A stretch of 33,498 nucleotides of DNA from Octopus bimaculoides (lineage: Eukaryota). Below, in pieces: positions 1-11,171 of the stretch (positions are counted from its first letter, which is position 1; each line of letters opens with the position of its first letter). The notes below the pieces were generated by a model. The model was not told the DNA's origin. It ran no database searches and saw nothing but the letters and a program-made list of their open reading frames with translations. Where the stretch lies: the NCBI RefSeq assembly GCF_001194135.2, contig NC_068996.1, positions 53,611,771 through 53,645,268 of the forward strand. The letters are read 5' to 3'. Both the position numbers and the translations under genes were made by a program.

Positions 1-178
<178 letters not shown>

Positions 179-212
179 AAGGCGGAGAGCTAGCCGGATT
201 GCTACCGCGCTA
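179..212 (+). mobile_element. SINE family A, isolated 5' head
   Basis: aaggcggagagctagccggattgctaccgcgc resembles the head aaggcgacgagctggcagaatcgttaacacgc of the copy at 1006. Confidence 0.55.
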
Positions 213-790
213 GTCATATATTATCGCCTGATCGTCGCGCCTTGCTCCAGTTTACGCTTCACCAAACTGGAGCGCATGCTCTTCCGCTTTCTGTGGAAGG
301 GATGCATTCCACTGGTCAGGTGCTCCATTTGCTGTCAACACCCACTGGGCATGCCGTGGCTGTTGATGCACCTATAGGTGCTGCGGCTGCGACATCTCCA
401 GTGTTGCCGTTTGGCTGACACGATTCCCCACAGCTCGTCTCTTTGCCTGAGCTGCAGTCCTGGTTCAAGCGTACACTGAGAATGTACTAGAATGTCGTTA
501 AGCGCTCACAGCCTTCTGTCAGTCGGGCAATGAGGTCAGTGGAAGTTCCAATCATGCTTTCCATTGAGGGCTAGTAGTGGGCAAATGACGTTCTTGGGGT
601 AACTCAGGGCGTCGATAAGAATGAGTTGGCTGGTCTGTTCCAGACCGGAGCCTAAGGATGACTTCCAGAAATCCCTGGTCTGGCAGTGCTACCGGAGTGG
701 TGAGGTGGGGGGGGGGCATTGTCGGTTTGGGATAAACTCTACAGGCATAGAAGTGCTGTCAGATGGGTTTGCACGATGTTTATATGAACC
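213..790 (+). mobile_element. L1/Tx1-like LINE ORF2 fragment, post-RT C-terminal region, decayed
   Basis: Translates VIYYRLIVAPCSSLRFTKLERMLFRFLWKG and later WDKLYRH. Nucleotide similarity to 10060-10680, e.g. gataaactctacagg is shared. Confidence 0.8.
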
Positions 791-831
791 CTCATTGGTT
801 AATTAAGAAAAGATTATTATTACTATTATTG

Positions 832-1003
832 TTCTGTCTTCACGTTTTGAGTTCAAATGCTGCCGAGGTCGACTTTTCCTTTCACCCTTTCGGGGTTGGT
901 AAAGTAAGTACCAGTTAAGCACTGGGGTCGTTATAATCGACTTACTCCCTCCACCAAAATTTCAGGCCTTGTGCTTATAGTAGAAATTATTATTATTATT
1001 ATT
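832..1003 (+). mobile_element. SINE family A, 3' portion with (ATT)n tail
   Basis: gagttcaaat B-box-like motif, gaggtcgact, aagtaccagtt-ctggggtcg, atttcaggccttgtgc. Confidence 0.85.
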
Positions 1004-1005
1004 TC

Positions 1006-1152
1006 TAAGGCGACGAGCTGGCAGAATCGTTAACACGCTGGACGAGATGCTTGGCGGTATTTCACCCATCGCTACGTTCTGAGTTCAAATTCCGCCGAAG
1101 TCGACTTTACCTTTCATCCTTTCGGGGTCGATAAATTAATTACCACTAAAAC
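1006..1152 (+). mobile_element. SINE family A (tRNA-derived)
   Basis: A-box-like gctggcagaatcg and B-box-like gagttcaaattcc; collinear with the copies at 21360 and 25712. Confidence 0.9.
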
Positions 1153-1284
1153 NNNNNNNNNNGTTGGTAAAGTAAGTACCAGTTAAGCACTGGGGTCGTT
1201 ATAATCGACTTACTCCCTCCACCAAAATTTCAGGCCTTGTGCTTATAGTAGAAATTATTATTATTATTACTCTTATCATTCACA

Positions 1285-1490
1285 GGGCGGTTAACTGGCA
1301 AAATTTCTACCGCGCTGGACAAAAACGCCTAGCGACATCTTGTTTTGAGCTCAAGTTCCGCTGAGGTTGATTTTGCCTTTCATTCTTTCGAGGTCGATGA
1401 AATAAGTACCAGTTGAATATGGGGGTCAATGTTGTCGACTGTGCGACTCCTCTAAAATTGCTAGCGTTGTGTAAAAATTTGAAACTAATG
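1285..1490 (+). mobile_element. SINE family A, diverged
   Basis: ctggcaaa-gagctcaagttccgctgaggttgattttgcctttcattctttcgaggtcgatgaaataagtaccag. Confidence 0.8.
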
Positions 1491-1544
1491 ATAATTTTGT
1501 ATTTTAAATAATTTATTTATTTACCACCTACAGAATCATCGACA

Positions 1545-1693
1545 ATATTGCTTTCAAATTTTGACTCAAGACCAGAAATTTCATGGGAGAGGGTAAGTCA
1601 TTGACATCGACTTTAGTACTCAGTTGGTACTTATCTTATCAACCCCTAATGAATGAAAGGCAAAATCAACATCGGCAGAATTTGAACTCAGAA
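1545..1693 (-). mobile_element. SINE family A, diverged, antisense
   Basis: Reverse complement gives gttctgagttcaaattctgccgatgttgattttgcctttcattc and ataagtaccaactgagtac. Confidence 0.8.
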
Positions 1694-2062
1694 CAGAGTC
1701 ATCAATAATATATCAATAATAAAAGTACAATTATAATAGTACTTTTCTTTTGAAGTATGACCCTTTCTTAATGAGAAGCGTATGGTATTTATTTAATACA
1801 GATTAATTACGTTTAAGGATAAATATGTGTGTATATATATATATATATAATAGTGCATGAATGTAAGTACACGTGAAAGGGGATATGTATGTATAATTAG
1901 GGACATATGAATATATACACTTGTAAGTGAAACTATGCTTACAGATTTTATTACTAAGCCTAGCTATAAAAAAATTATTATATATATATGTATGTATGTG
2001 TGTATGTATGTATGTATGTATACTCGCGCACGCACACACTTCAAACTCACATGTGTTTTATC

Positions 2063-2217
2063 TTTTACTTGTTTTAGTTATCAAACTGTGACCATGCTGG
2101 GACACCAAATTGAAGAGTCTCTTTTACCCGAACCGCTAAGTTACGGGGACGTAAGCAAAACCAACACCGGTTGCCGAACGATAAGGGGGCATATACAAAC
2201 ACACACGTACGCGCGCG

Positions 2218-2282
<65 letters not shown>

Positions 2283-2436
2283 ACACACATACGACGGGCT
2301 TTTTCAGCTTCCGTGAACCAAATCTACTCATAAAGCACATAGTAGAAGACACTTGCCCTAAGTGCCATACAGTGGTACTGAACCAAGAACCATGCAGTTA
2401 GGAAGCAAACTTCTTACCACACAGCCACGCATGCGC
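2063..2436 (-). mobile_element. SINE family B (tRNA head, CORE-like segment) with internal (CA)n
   Basis: Reverse complement begins gcgtggctgtgtggtaagaagtttgcttcc, then ggcaagtgtcttctac and tttacgtccccgtaacttagcggttcgg. Matches copies at 19203, 24465 and 31471. Confidence 0.88.
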
Positions 2437-2554
2437 TTAAATATTTTTTCTCTTATTTTTGAGCACTGGTGTGCATGTCTTTTATTTTTAATTATTTGGA
2501 ATCTTCCTTCGAAGAAGAGGCTGTTTTCTAACAAAGAAACGAAACTCCATCGTT

Positions 2555-3645
2555 GAAATATTCTTTTCGAATTTGAGGAAAGTCTTACATATTTTTACTG
2601 TGCCGCTTACAGAACATATTTCTAATGTATATTTGCAATGTATATTTGGTTGATTTATTTTTCAGAAAACTCTAGCTTATCCAGATTGTCTCTTAGACAA
2701 TTACAGATAAAATCAAGTACACCAATTGTTATTGGTATAAATGTGAATTTATAATATCTGGATACAGAAACTGAAAGTTTCGGTCCGTATCCATCCTCTT
2801 ATTCTTTGATTTTCAAACAGATATTTACAACAACAGGATAGCTGACCTCTATGACGGTACATATTTTTTTTACCCATCTCAAACAGGCCGGATTAAGACC
2901 CAAAGAAGCCCTAAGCACTTAAAAGATTTTGGTGCCTCCATATATAATTCGAAATGTAAACAATAACAAACCAATAAACGAAACAAAACAATAAGAGGGA
3001 AAATAATGTTTATTTTTGTATAATTCCACTTTATTTAGATTTGAAAAGTTTCCTCTTATCTTTTTTAATTGCAATGTCTTTGACCAGATCCTTAATCTTA
3101 AGTAGCACATCTGCATCTATACTTAGTAGAGATAAAGGCATCCTGAATATTATTTTAGCAAGTTTCAAGTGATTTCTTTTGTGCCGTAAACCATTTCCCA
3201 TTTCTCTGGTGCTCCCTCCTTCCTTCCCTTCATGCTCTAAGGATGTGCTTATTTTGCTTAATGGTTAATCCAGCACTGATCCAGCCTGTAATGTTCACAC
3301 TTGACAGATGATTTGATGGGGATATTCCACCAGTATTCTTTGTGTTGGTGTTTGTGTACGTATTCAATAACTGAGAAATTCTCTATATTCATTCTGGGTC
3401 AGTCTGTATTCCAGATGGCATTGTATATTGTTTTTGCGATAGCATCGTCTGAAGCATAGGGTGGTAGCACACTGATGGCATTTTGGGACAGCTGCTAATC
3501 ACATATGTGATGTCTTCAACACAAATATGACACAATCTGCATTTACGGTTGCATCTTGGAACTCCAAGGACGTCATTCTCTTTTGTTGATTAGATAGAAA
3601 TCTCCTGTTCTTGCATTGCAAATGCATAGCCTTCGAACTGTGATG
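2555..3645 (-). mobile_element. 3' fragment of a restriction-like-endonuclease (R4/Dong-type) non-LTR retrotransposon, interrupted at 2884-3278
   Basis: Minus strand across frameshifts reads FEGYAFAMQEQEI, KCRLCHICVEDITYVISSCP (decayed CCHC), EYWWNIPIKSSVKCEHYRLD (HNRPD-like), KICTVIEVSYP, YGP, FIPITIGVL and GTVKICKTFLKF. Confidence 0.8.
2884..3278. mobile_element. Putative non-autonomous DNA transposon (hAT-like MITE) nested in the endonuclease domain
   Basis: Ends caggccggattaa and ttaatccagcactg form an imperfect 13-14 bp inverted repeat. The insertion splits the endonuclease between RLD and W-x-K-K-I-C-T-V-I-E-V-S. No clean TSD was recovered. Confidence 0.45.
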
Positions 3646-3825
3646 TATGTATGTATGTATGTATGTGTGTGTTATGTGAGTACGTATGTATGTATGACGT
3701 ATGTATGTATGTATGTATGTATGTATGTATGTATGTATGTATGCATGCATGTGTGTGTATATGTATGCATGCATGTGTGTGTCTGTATGTGCATATGTAT
3801 GCATGGATGTATGTATGTGCATACA
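3645..3825. repeat. (TATG)n compound microsatellite
   Basis: Tandem TATG with TGCA and TG variants. Confidence 0.95.
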
Positions 3826-4346
3826 ATGGTTCCAGAAGATATAGAAACCCTCGCCTCAGATCGAGTTGGATGGCGAACAAGGGTGTGGAGTGGAGTGAAA
3901 GCGTTTGAAGAGGCCAGGATGATGCAAGCAGGGCTCAAGAGATATTTAAGGAAACATGTAAAGACTGAGAAGGTGAATGACAAGGACCTTTTTGTGTGCA
4001 CAGTCTGTGACAGACCATGTCTGTCCTTGGCTGGCCTCAAATCTCACCTGCGAACCCATGGAAAACAAACCTCATCCAGCTATTCTGATTATATGTCTGT
4101 GCACACGTTTGAATGTGGTGAGTGCCAGAGGGCTTGCAAATCCAATGGGGGTCTTAAAAGACATGTTAAGATTCACAATGAGCAGAACTTACCTGCAGGT
4201 TTTGGTAGTTCAAATCAGAGGTGCAATCTGTGTGGGTGTTTTTTCAAAACATTGTCTGGTTTAAAAAGCCACATCAGATACCATGAAAGGGCTAAGGTGT
4301 AGGTACAGGAGGTGGTCAAACTCTGTGTAAGGAGTAGACAACCACC
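3826..4346 (+). mobile_element. 5'-truncated RTE-clade LINE 3' end: ORF C-terminus with three C2H2 zinc fingers plus short 3' UTR
   Basis: PEDIETLASDRVGWRTRVWSGVKAFEEAR followed by KR-x2-RK and C-x2-C-x-R-x-C-x-S-x2-GLKSH-x-R-x-H is the typical RTE/BovB C-terminal signature. The frame is open to the stop at 4300-4302 and followed by a TATG-type tail. Confidence 0.8.
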
Positions 4347-5635
4347 ATGTGCATATGTATGTGTGTATGTATGTTTACATATGTGTAAATATATATGTAT
4401 ATGTATACACGCACACAATTTCTTGAATTAAGAAATCATAAGATTACATAATTTTGTGAAAAAGCGTTCGCATATATATAATTAATTTTAAGAGCCATTA
4501 CGTTGTTATAAATTCGTAATTAAACTGAAAAATGTGGGCGACTTTCAGTTTGCAGAGATTCTGAAGCTATTTCATGGAACGTCGTCAACAGACACATAAA
4601 CCAATTTTCTCTCATTTGAAATCCAGTAACACGTTTTTAGAAATAACTTGATTTCTATTCTTTAATTACGAATTTTTAAGCTTTTATACGAAATTAATTG
4701 CCTGTGATAATACTGGAAATATTATAAATAATAGATGATTTTAGGTGAAATCAGCAAATTTTCTAGTAAAACCTCACTTTGAGAAAAAACAGACATATGA
4801 GTAGAGGCACTAAAAATGTTTTCCGAATGGGTATTTTTCCCTTTTATTTTTAATTTTTTTAGAGACATAAAATCATTTGAAGATAGGAATATATAAAGAT
4901 CAATATATTAACAAAGCAGATACGTCCATCGAGAAATCTGCTAACTTTTCTTCGTGAAAGTGACACGCAGATGTTTCAATGTCTCAATGAAAACACTTAA
5001 TAAGGAGAGTATGCCGTGTACGAGTGAAAGATAGAAATAAAGAGATACAGAAAGAAAGCGACCTTGACAGATAGAATGGGAGAAAGGGAAAATGAATGAA
5101 AACGATGGAAAGTGATTGAATGAGTGAAAAAGAAAGAGAGGGGGAATGAGAGAGAAAGAGGGAGAGTATATAAGAGATGTTGAGGAATCGTCTGTGAAGC
5201 TTTGAAGCCAACAGCTTCAGTCTAGTTTATTGTCATGTAATGATGCTCAAAGCTATACAATCGTTGGTTCATCGTCCAAATGTCTCGGTGGTTCTTCTTC
5301 CACCACTATCATTTGTTTGTGCTCCCCTAAATTTTCTAGAATATTTCTTCAAAACTATTCTATGTATCCATCTCACTTCTATATTTCTCAATATTGTTTT
5401 TTTTTTGCCTCATCACGATGTGTTCAACTTTCCTCTCTCTAATCCTAATCCAGTTTAAAGAAATACGCTACTCTCTACTCTAACTCCAAGGAAAAACTGT
5501 TTTAAACTGTACCAATTGCAAGTCCGTTACTTCCAACTTCCAAAAAAAAAGTAACGTAAACAGTCGTAAATGACTACTCCCTGTAATCTCTTGGAATCCT
5601 TTTCATTTTTAAAGACTAGCTTTCCGTTCACTCAC

Positions 5636-6375
5636 ATATGTTGCTCTCCAAAGCACCACATACAAGGATCTCGTACTCTCGAGAGTGTGAGGAGGGGCAT
5701 ATGTTTTACAACGAGGATTCGACTATTGTTCATGCATCTGTTATAGAAAAGCTGCTTCTCAGACAGACTTCTTATACTACACTGCCGTATGGTTGATTGG
5801 CAAACTCACCTCACATTCTCTAACGAGTTCTCATGGCAACATTCGTCTATAACACATCGAAAGTGTGCCCTAAAAGACTTGATTTTCTTTCAGGGTTTTG
5901 AACATTTTGCTACCTCCCATTAAGAGAAAAGCGAGATTACCGTCAGATTATTTCTCATATATCTTGTTACAGAACAGCCACTTCGCACGTTAACTTTATA
6001 AAGTACATTAAAGGAAAGAAAAAAAATTAGTTCATAAGATTATTAATGTTTCACTCACAAAAATGCCAACGCTAGGCTTTCATTTATACTCACGGGTTGC
6101 AGCGTTCCTTTTCCTGCTGTAGTAAATAGTTCCTCCTGTTCCTCTTCGGCCCAAGCCTTATCAATGCATCTGTCTCTCTTCCAGTTACCCTGAGATCTTA
6201 AATTGCTGGGCATTCCGTCTATATTTGTCTTTCCTCCCAAATACGAAACTCCGTGGAAGTTTAGGTTAATCTTCAACTGCATTGACCTCACTACTTCAGG
6301 GTGGGATAGTTTGCAAATATTTTTCTTAACAGTTTCTTCCCATGGGACTACTTTTCTAACATGTGTTCCCGCTAG
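5636..6375 (-). other. Possible chain of small coding exons from an unidentified host gene or pseudogene
   Basis: GTGAGT donors after 6094, 6059, 5810 and 5636; pyrimidine-rich AG acceptors before 5993, 5869 and 5737. Segments 5869-5810 and 5737-5636 join in one open frame (AHFRCVIDECCHENSLENVRCMNNSRILVVKHMPLL). Phases do not all reconcile and no homology was recognised. Confidence 0.25.
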
Positions 6376-6534
6376 TCACTAATTTAAAAAAAATTAAGCC
6401 AAAGATTAAATGTAAGACGGCTGTCTATCCAGAAATAATTGCTTTTTTATGTTTTGAATTGATTTAAAATTGAAGAAAGGATAATTATTTATGTATATAT
6501 ATATATATATCAGTTGCTTTTTGATATAAGACTA

Positions 6535-6704
6535 CAGCTGAGCAAAATGCTTAGCGGCATTTTGTCTGACTTTACGTTCTGAGTTCAAATCCTGCAGAGT
6601 TTGACTTTAGCTTTTATCTTTTCGGGGTCGATAAAATAAGTACCAATTGAGTACTGCGGTCAATATAATTGATTATTTTCTTCCCCCATCCATGATTTCA
6701 GGCC
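6535..6704 (+). mobile_element. SINE family A, diverged
   Basis: aaatgcttagcggcattt-acgttctgagttcaaat-ggggtcgataaaataagtacca-atttcaggcc. Confidence 0.85.
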
Positions 6705-6895
6705 AAAAGAGAACACTGGCGCAAGATTCACTACAGTAAATGACATCACTGCCAGGTCAACGAAAACAAAAACTGATGTGAATACATTTTCGCGTCTAAG
6801 CAGCGTCAAAACAGTAAAGCAGCAATCAAACAATAAAACATTCGGTGACGACGACGACGACAACAACAACAACAACAACAACGACGACGACGACG

Positions 6896-6931
<36 letters not shown>

Positions 6932-6933
6932 GC

Positions 6934-6964
<31 letters not shown>

Positions 6965-9900
6965 GCAGCAGCAGCAGCAGCGACAACAACAGCACCGATA
7001 ATAAGGAAGTGAAACTTAGGGAAGGAAAGAAAATTTTAAAAGAAACGCGAACATCACCACCGCCTCCGCTGCAGCCACTTAAGTAGCAAAGAGTACTACG
7101 ATGGAGATTTCTTTTGTGATTGCTGCGAGAAGTTTGGAAGATTTCCTCATAGACGAAGAAGCATTGAAATTGGTCAGAACAATTATTAAAAGAAATGGAA
7201 GAAAAGTAGACCTAAACCCTCCACCCGACATAATCGAAAATATCTTGAGATGCACGGTTACATACCATTGCATCGGAGTAGAATCGCGCCGCGAGGAAAA
7301 TGATTCTTTGAACCAAATCCCAAAATGCTTTAGGTGAATGTGAGAAAAGAAGTTTTGACAATTGAAGTAAGATTTGAGACTGAAGAAGAAGCCAGGTGTC
7401 ATTCCGCGATGACTTTGAGGAATGAAGACTTCTTAATCCTCAACTATCATGGCAAATCCTTGCTAAAGTTAGGGTGGTGAACGTGCCGCCAGAAATATCC
7501 ATCACCTGGTTAGTGGCGGCCGTATTGGCAGGTATAGAAGACAGTGACTATTTTAGAGGTTAAAAAAGTACCTTAACAAAAGTAGTCAGGTATAGGTATG
7601 GAACTAATCTTACAATGTAAGCAAACCTATATCGACGAGCTACCTGACCTAATAGATCTTCCGTATGGCGCTCATCTGTTAGTAGGAAGTAGAAAGCCAA
7701 GATGACACTTATGTGGAACTGTGACTCACTTAAAAACTTTCTACCCCCAAACAAGAAAATAAAACCCCCACTGCTGCCAACACTACAAACACCAAAAAAC
7801 ACAGAATCATGTGGACGTACTCGAGACTCCTACACCCATACCCACACCTAAACCAAAACAACGAAGAAGTTTACTCCCGGCTGCCACAGAAAAGCAAGCC
7901 TGTCCTGAACCCCTGACCCCCAAAACCACAACAGCAGCAATAGCATGAAGAACAGACCGCACAATGCATCCCTGGTTATTAATCAAAATGTCCTCAATTC
8001 ACGAAAAATTCCCATGTAGTGTGGGGATTTAAAAAAAATATCAATTGACAAAAGGCTTTTGGAAGGGCCTTTTAAAAAACATTTGCAAATAGAGAGGCCC
8101 GGAACTTCTGGGCCTCTCTAAAATCAAGATGAGTGACCTTCTCTTTTTCATGCTCTGACTAGAATGAGTGTTGAGAGTGTGGTGTGTGAAAGGTCACTTG
8201 CTCAACGATCTCAGGTCACTTATGAGCACCTTGACTACCCAGAAACTTCCAATTGTCTGCTGACAGGTATCGACTGGATTTTCCTGATGTGCCAGTATGG
8301 ATATGGATAACTACAATGGGTCATCCAGATCATATTTAGAAAGAGTATTGTTAGATCAAAGGATAAGGATAGCGTAGGTTGTTCACAATTTAAATTGGTC
8401 GGCTACACAGATCCCAAATTTGTGATATGCACAGTCGATTTAGATAAGACTCGTAGATAGGGACCCGGTTACTGAAAGTTGAATGCGTCCTTACCGGCTC
8501 ACAAAGACTACAGGGAGCGAATTAGCGAGCAAGTTAAGCGGCAGTTGACGGGGGCAATCATCAATAACCAGTGGTGGATCGCCCTGAAGAGGTCGATTAG
8601 AGTAGAATTGATAACATTTAGTAATGGTTTAGCAATAGAAAGGAATAGATTAAAGGGAGAACTAGTTAGCAAACTATTAGAGGCAATTAGTAAAGGCATC
8701 GCGACCGACGTGTTAGCGGCGACAATGGCCCTTGACCATTTCTTTGAGGCGAAACACGAAGGGTGCGTTGTCAGAGCTAAGGCTCATGCGCTAAAACAGG
8801 AGGGAACTAAAGCCGTCCGATAGACCCGAACGGTAGAAACGCGACGTGGCAACAAAAATCCACAATCAGGTCTTTGACGGATCAGGACGATGCGTGCTAC
8901 ACGGTTCCGAGCAGATGTATGCGCCTTTCAAGCAGCATTTTGCACGTCATTTGTACCTCGACGGCCTACCGCTGTCCTCGGTAGCGGACTCGAGATTCTG
9001 CAAAAAGCCGATAACAGCCACTGAAATATTGGAGGCGATGAGTGATTGCACAAGCTGCCTATNNNNNNNNNNNNNNNNNNNNNNNNNNNNNNNNNNNNNN
9101 NNNNNNNNNNNNNNNNNNNNNNNNNNNNNNNNNNNNNNNNNNNNNNNNNNNNNNNNNNNNNNNNNNNNNNNNNNNNNNNNNNNNNNNNNNNNNNNNNNNN
9201 NNNNNNNNNNNNNNNNNNNNNNNNNNNNNNNNNNNNNNNNNNNNNNNNNNNNNNNNNNNNNNNNNNNNNNNNNNNNNNNNNNNNNNNNNNNNNNNNNNNN
9301 NNNNNNNNNNNNNNNNNNNNNNNNNNNNNNNNNNNNNNNNNNNNNNNNNNNNNNNNNNNNNNNNNNNNNNNNNNNNNNNNNNNNNNNNNNNNNNNNNNNN
9401 NNNNNNNNNNNNNNNNNNNNNNNNNNNNNNNNNNNNNNNNNNNNNNNNNNNNNNNNNNNNNNNNNNNNNNNNNNNNNNNNNNNNNNNNNNNNNNNNNNNN
9501 NNNNNNNNNNNNNNNNNNNNNNNNNNNNNNNNNNNNNNNNNNNNNNNNNNNNNNNNNNNNNNNNNNNNNNNNNNNNNNNNNNNNNNNNNNNNNNNNNNNN
9601 NNNNNNNNNNNNNNNNNNNNNNNNNNNNNNNNNNNNNNNNNNNNNNNNNNNNNNNNNNNNNNNNNNNNNNNNNNNNNNNNNNNNNNNNNNNNNNNNNNNN
9701 NNNNNNNNNNNNNNNNNNNNNNNNNNNNNNNNNNNNNNNNNNNNNNNNNNNNNNNNNNNNNNNNNNNNNNNNNNNNNNNNNNNNNNNNNNNNNNNNNNNN
9801 NNNNNNNNNNNNNNNNNNNNNNNNNNNNNNNNNNNNNNNNNNNNNNNNNNNNNNNNNNNNNNNNNNNNNNNNNNNNNNNNNNNNNNNNNNNNNNNNNNNN

Positions 9901-11155
9901 NNNNNNNNNNNNNNNNNNNNNNNNNNNNNNNNNNNNNNNNNNNNNNNNNNNNNNNNNNNNNNNNNNNNNNNNNNNNNNNNNNNGCCAGATTTTATCCAGA
10001 AATGGGCAGAGAAGTTGTCCCTGAATGGTCGGCAGAGGTGGCGAATGTCTACATCGCCTCCGTCATCTTTTATCGTCTGGCCGTCGTGCCTTGTTCCAGT
10101 TACTTCTTGATTAGTTTGGAACATCTCTTGTTTATTTTCTTGTGAAAGGAACCCGTTCCGATGGTCAGACGGTCAACCTACTACCAGTTTCCTCTGCGTG
10201 GCGGCTTACGCATGCCATGACTTTTGACGTGCAGGCATGCACTAAAGTTGCGTCACCTGTAACGGTTTCTAGACGATGAACGTGTGTGGGCCCTGTTTAT
10301 GAGACACGTCTTTTCGAAGCTCGTCTCTTTGACGGAGCTGCAATTCTGGATGAGAGATAGACCGAGACTGAGCACCTGGTACCTAGAATATCGTCAGGTG
10401 CCCACTGTCCATTACCTGTCGGGTAATAGGATCAGTGGATGTTTCACTTTAGCTATATATAAAGAATCAACAGCGGTGAAGTGCGACGACGTCCTCGGGG
10501 AGACCCCGGGCGTCGATGAAAACGAACTAGTTAGTCTGTACCAGTAGACTTGAAGGTCGAGAACTATTATGGATATTTTCGAGATGTCTTTGATTTGGCA
10601 GTGCTACCGGGGGTGGGGAGTGCTACCGGTTCGAGATAAACTCTACAGGTACGGATGTGCTGTTAGACGGGCTTGTCTGAGGTGCGCGAAGAGCGACGAA
10701 ACCGCTCAGCATGCATGCATTCTTTCAGTGTCCGGGCATTGCTGATTTGTGAAATTATACCGAACAGCTGTTGTCGCATGTGGGACGGATCCGTCGGTCG
10801 GCCGAGTTCATAGTGAGGATTTCCCCACCGCCCTCCTTTAATCGGACCGGCAAGGTAGTTGTCCTTTGCCTAGTGGTTGTGGCGGAAGAGGTTGTATAGT
10901 GGACAAGGCTGGAAGGAATGAGGACAGAGACATTACTCTTTGGTGGAGCCCTCATCAATTTTTGAAAGTTTCTTTTGGAAAAGAAAGTGAGGGCGGAGAG
11001 GGAGGTGCTGTCCTCGGGGGAATTTATTAAAAAGATGGGTGGAAGTTGCGAAAATGGCAAGAGTGGACTTGTGAGTCGGAGGAAAAGAGTTGGAGATGGC
11101 AGTTGTCCTAGATATTCAGGGAGATCTTGGATGGTGGGGTTCTTCAATTATTCCT
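6705..11155 (+). mobile_element. Near-full-length decayed L1/Tx1-like LINE (copy A); most of the RT core falls in the N gap 9063-9983
   Basis: ORF1 remnants IEVRFETEEEARCHSA, VRVVNVPPEISITWLVAAVL and a decayed knuckle (stop)HLCGTVTHLKTFY at 7703-7744. APE C-terminus SRSYLERV, GYTDPKF, GPGY(stop)KLN. LSLNGR/AEVANVYIASVIFYRL after the gap. C-terminal CLRCAKSDETAQHA/FFQCP knuckle near 10676-10735. The 5' boundary is uncertain. Confidence 0.85.
6845..6992. repeat. Compound (GAC)/(CAA)/(CAG) trinucleotide tract
   Basis: Read directly; lies just upstream of the ORF1 remnant of copy A. Confidence 0.95.
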
Positions 11156-11171
11156 AGGGGCCCTCTTGTAG

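Noticed and set aside
1163-1270. Exact duplicate of about 895-1002
   Set aside because: It sits immediately after a 10-N gap and is identical, so it is most likely an assembly overlap rather than a biological duplication.
3616-3825. MYVC-repeat N-terminal extension of the zinc-finger ORF
   Set aside because: (TATG)n lacks stop codons in every frame, so the open frame is expected by chance.
4510-4675. 15-bp inverted repeat aaattcgtaattaaa / tttaattacgaattt
   Set aside because: Short and AT-rich with no TSD; insufficient to call an element.
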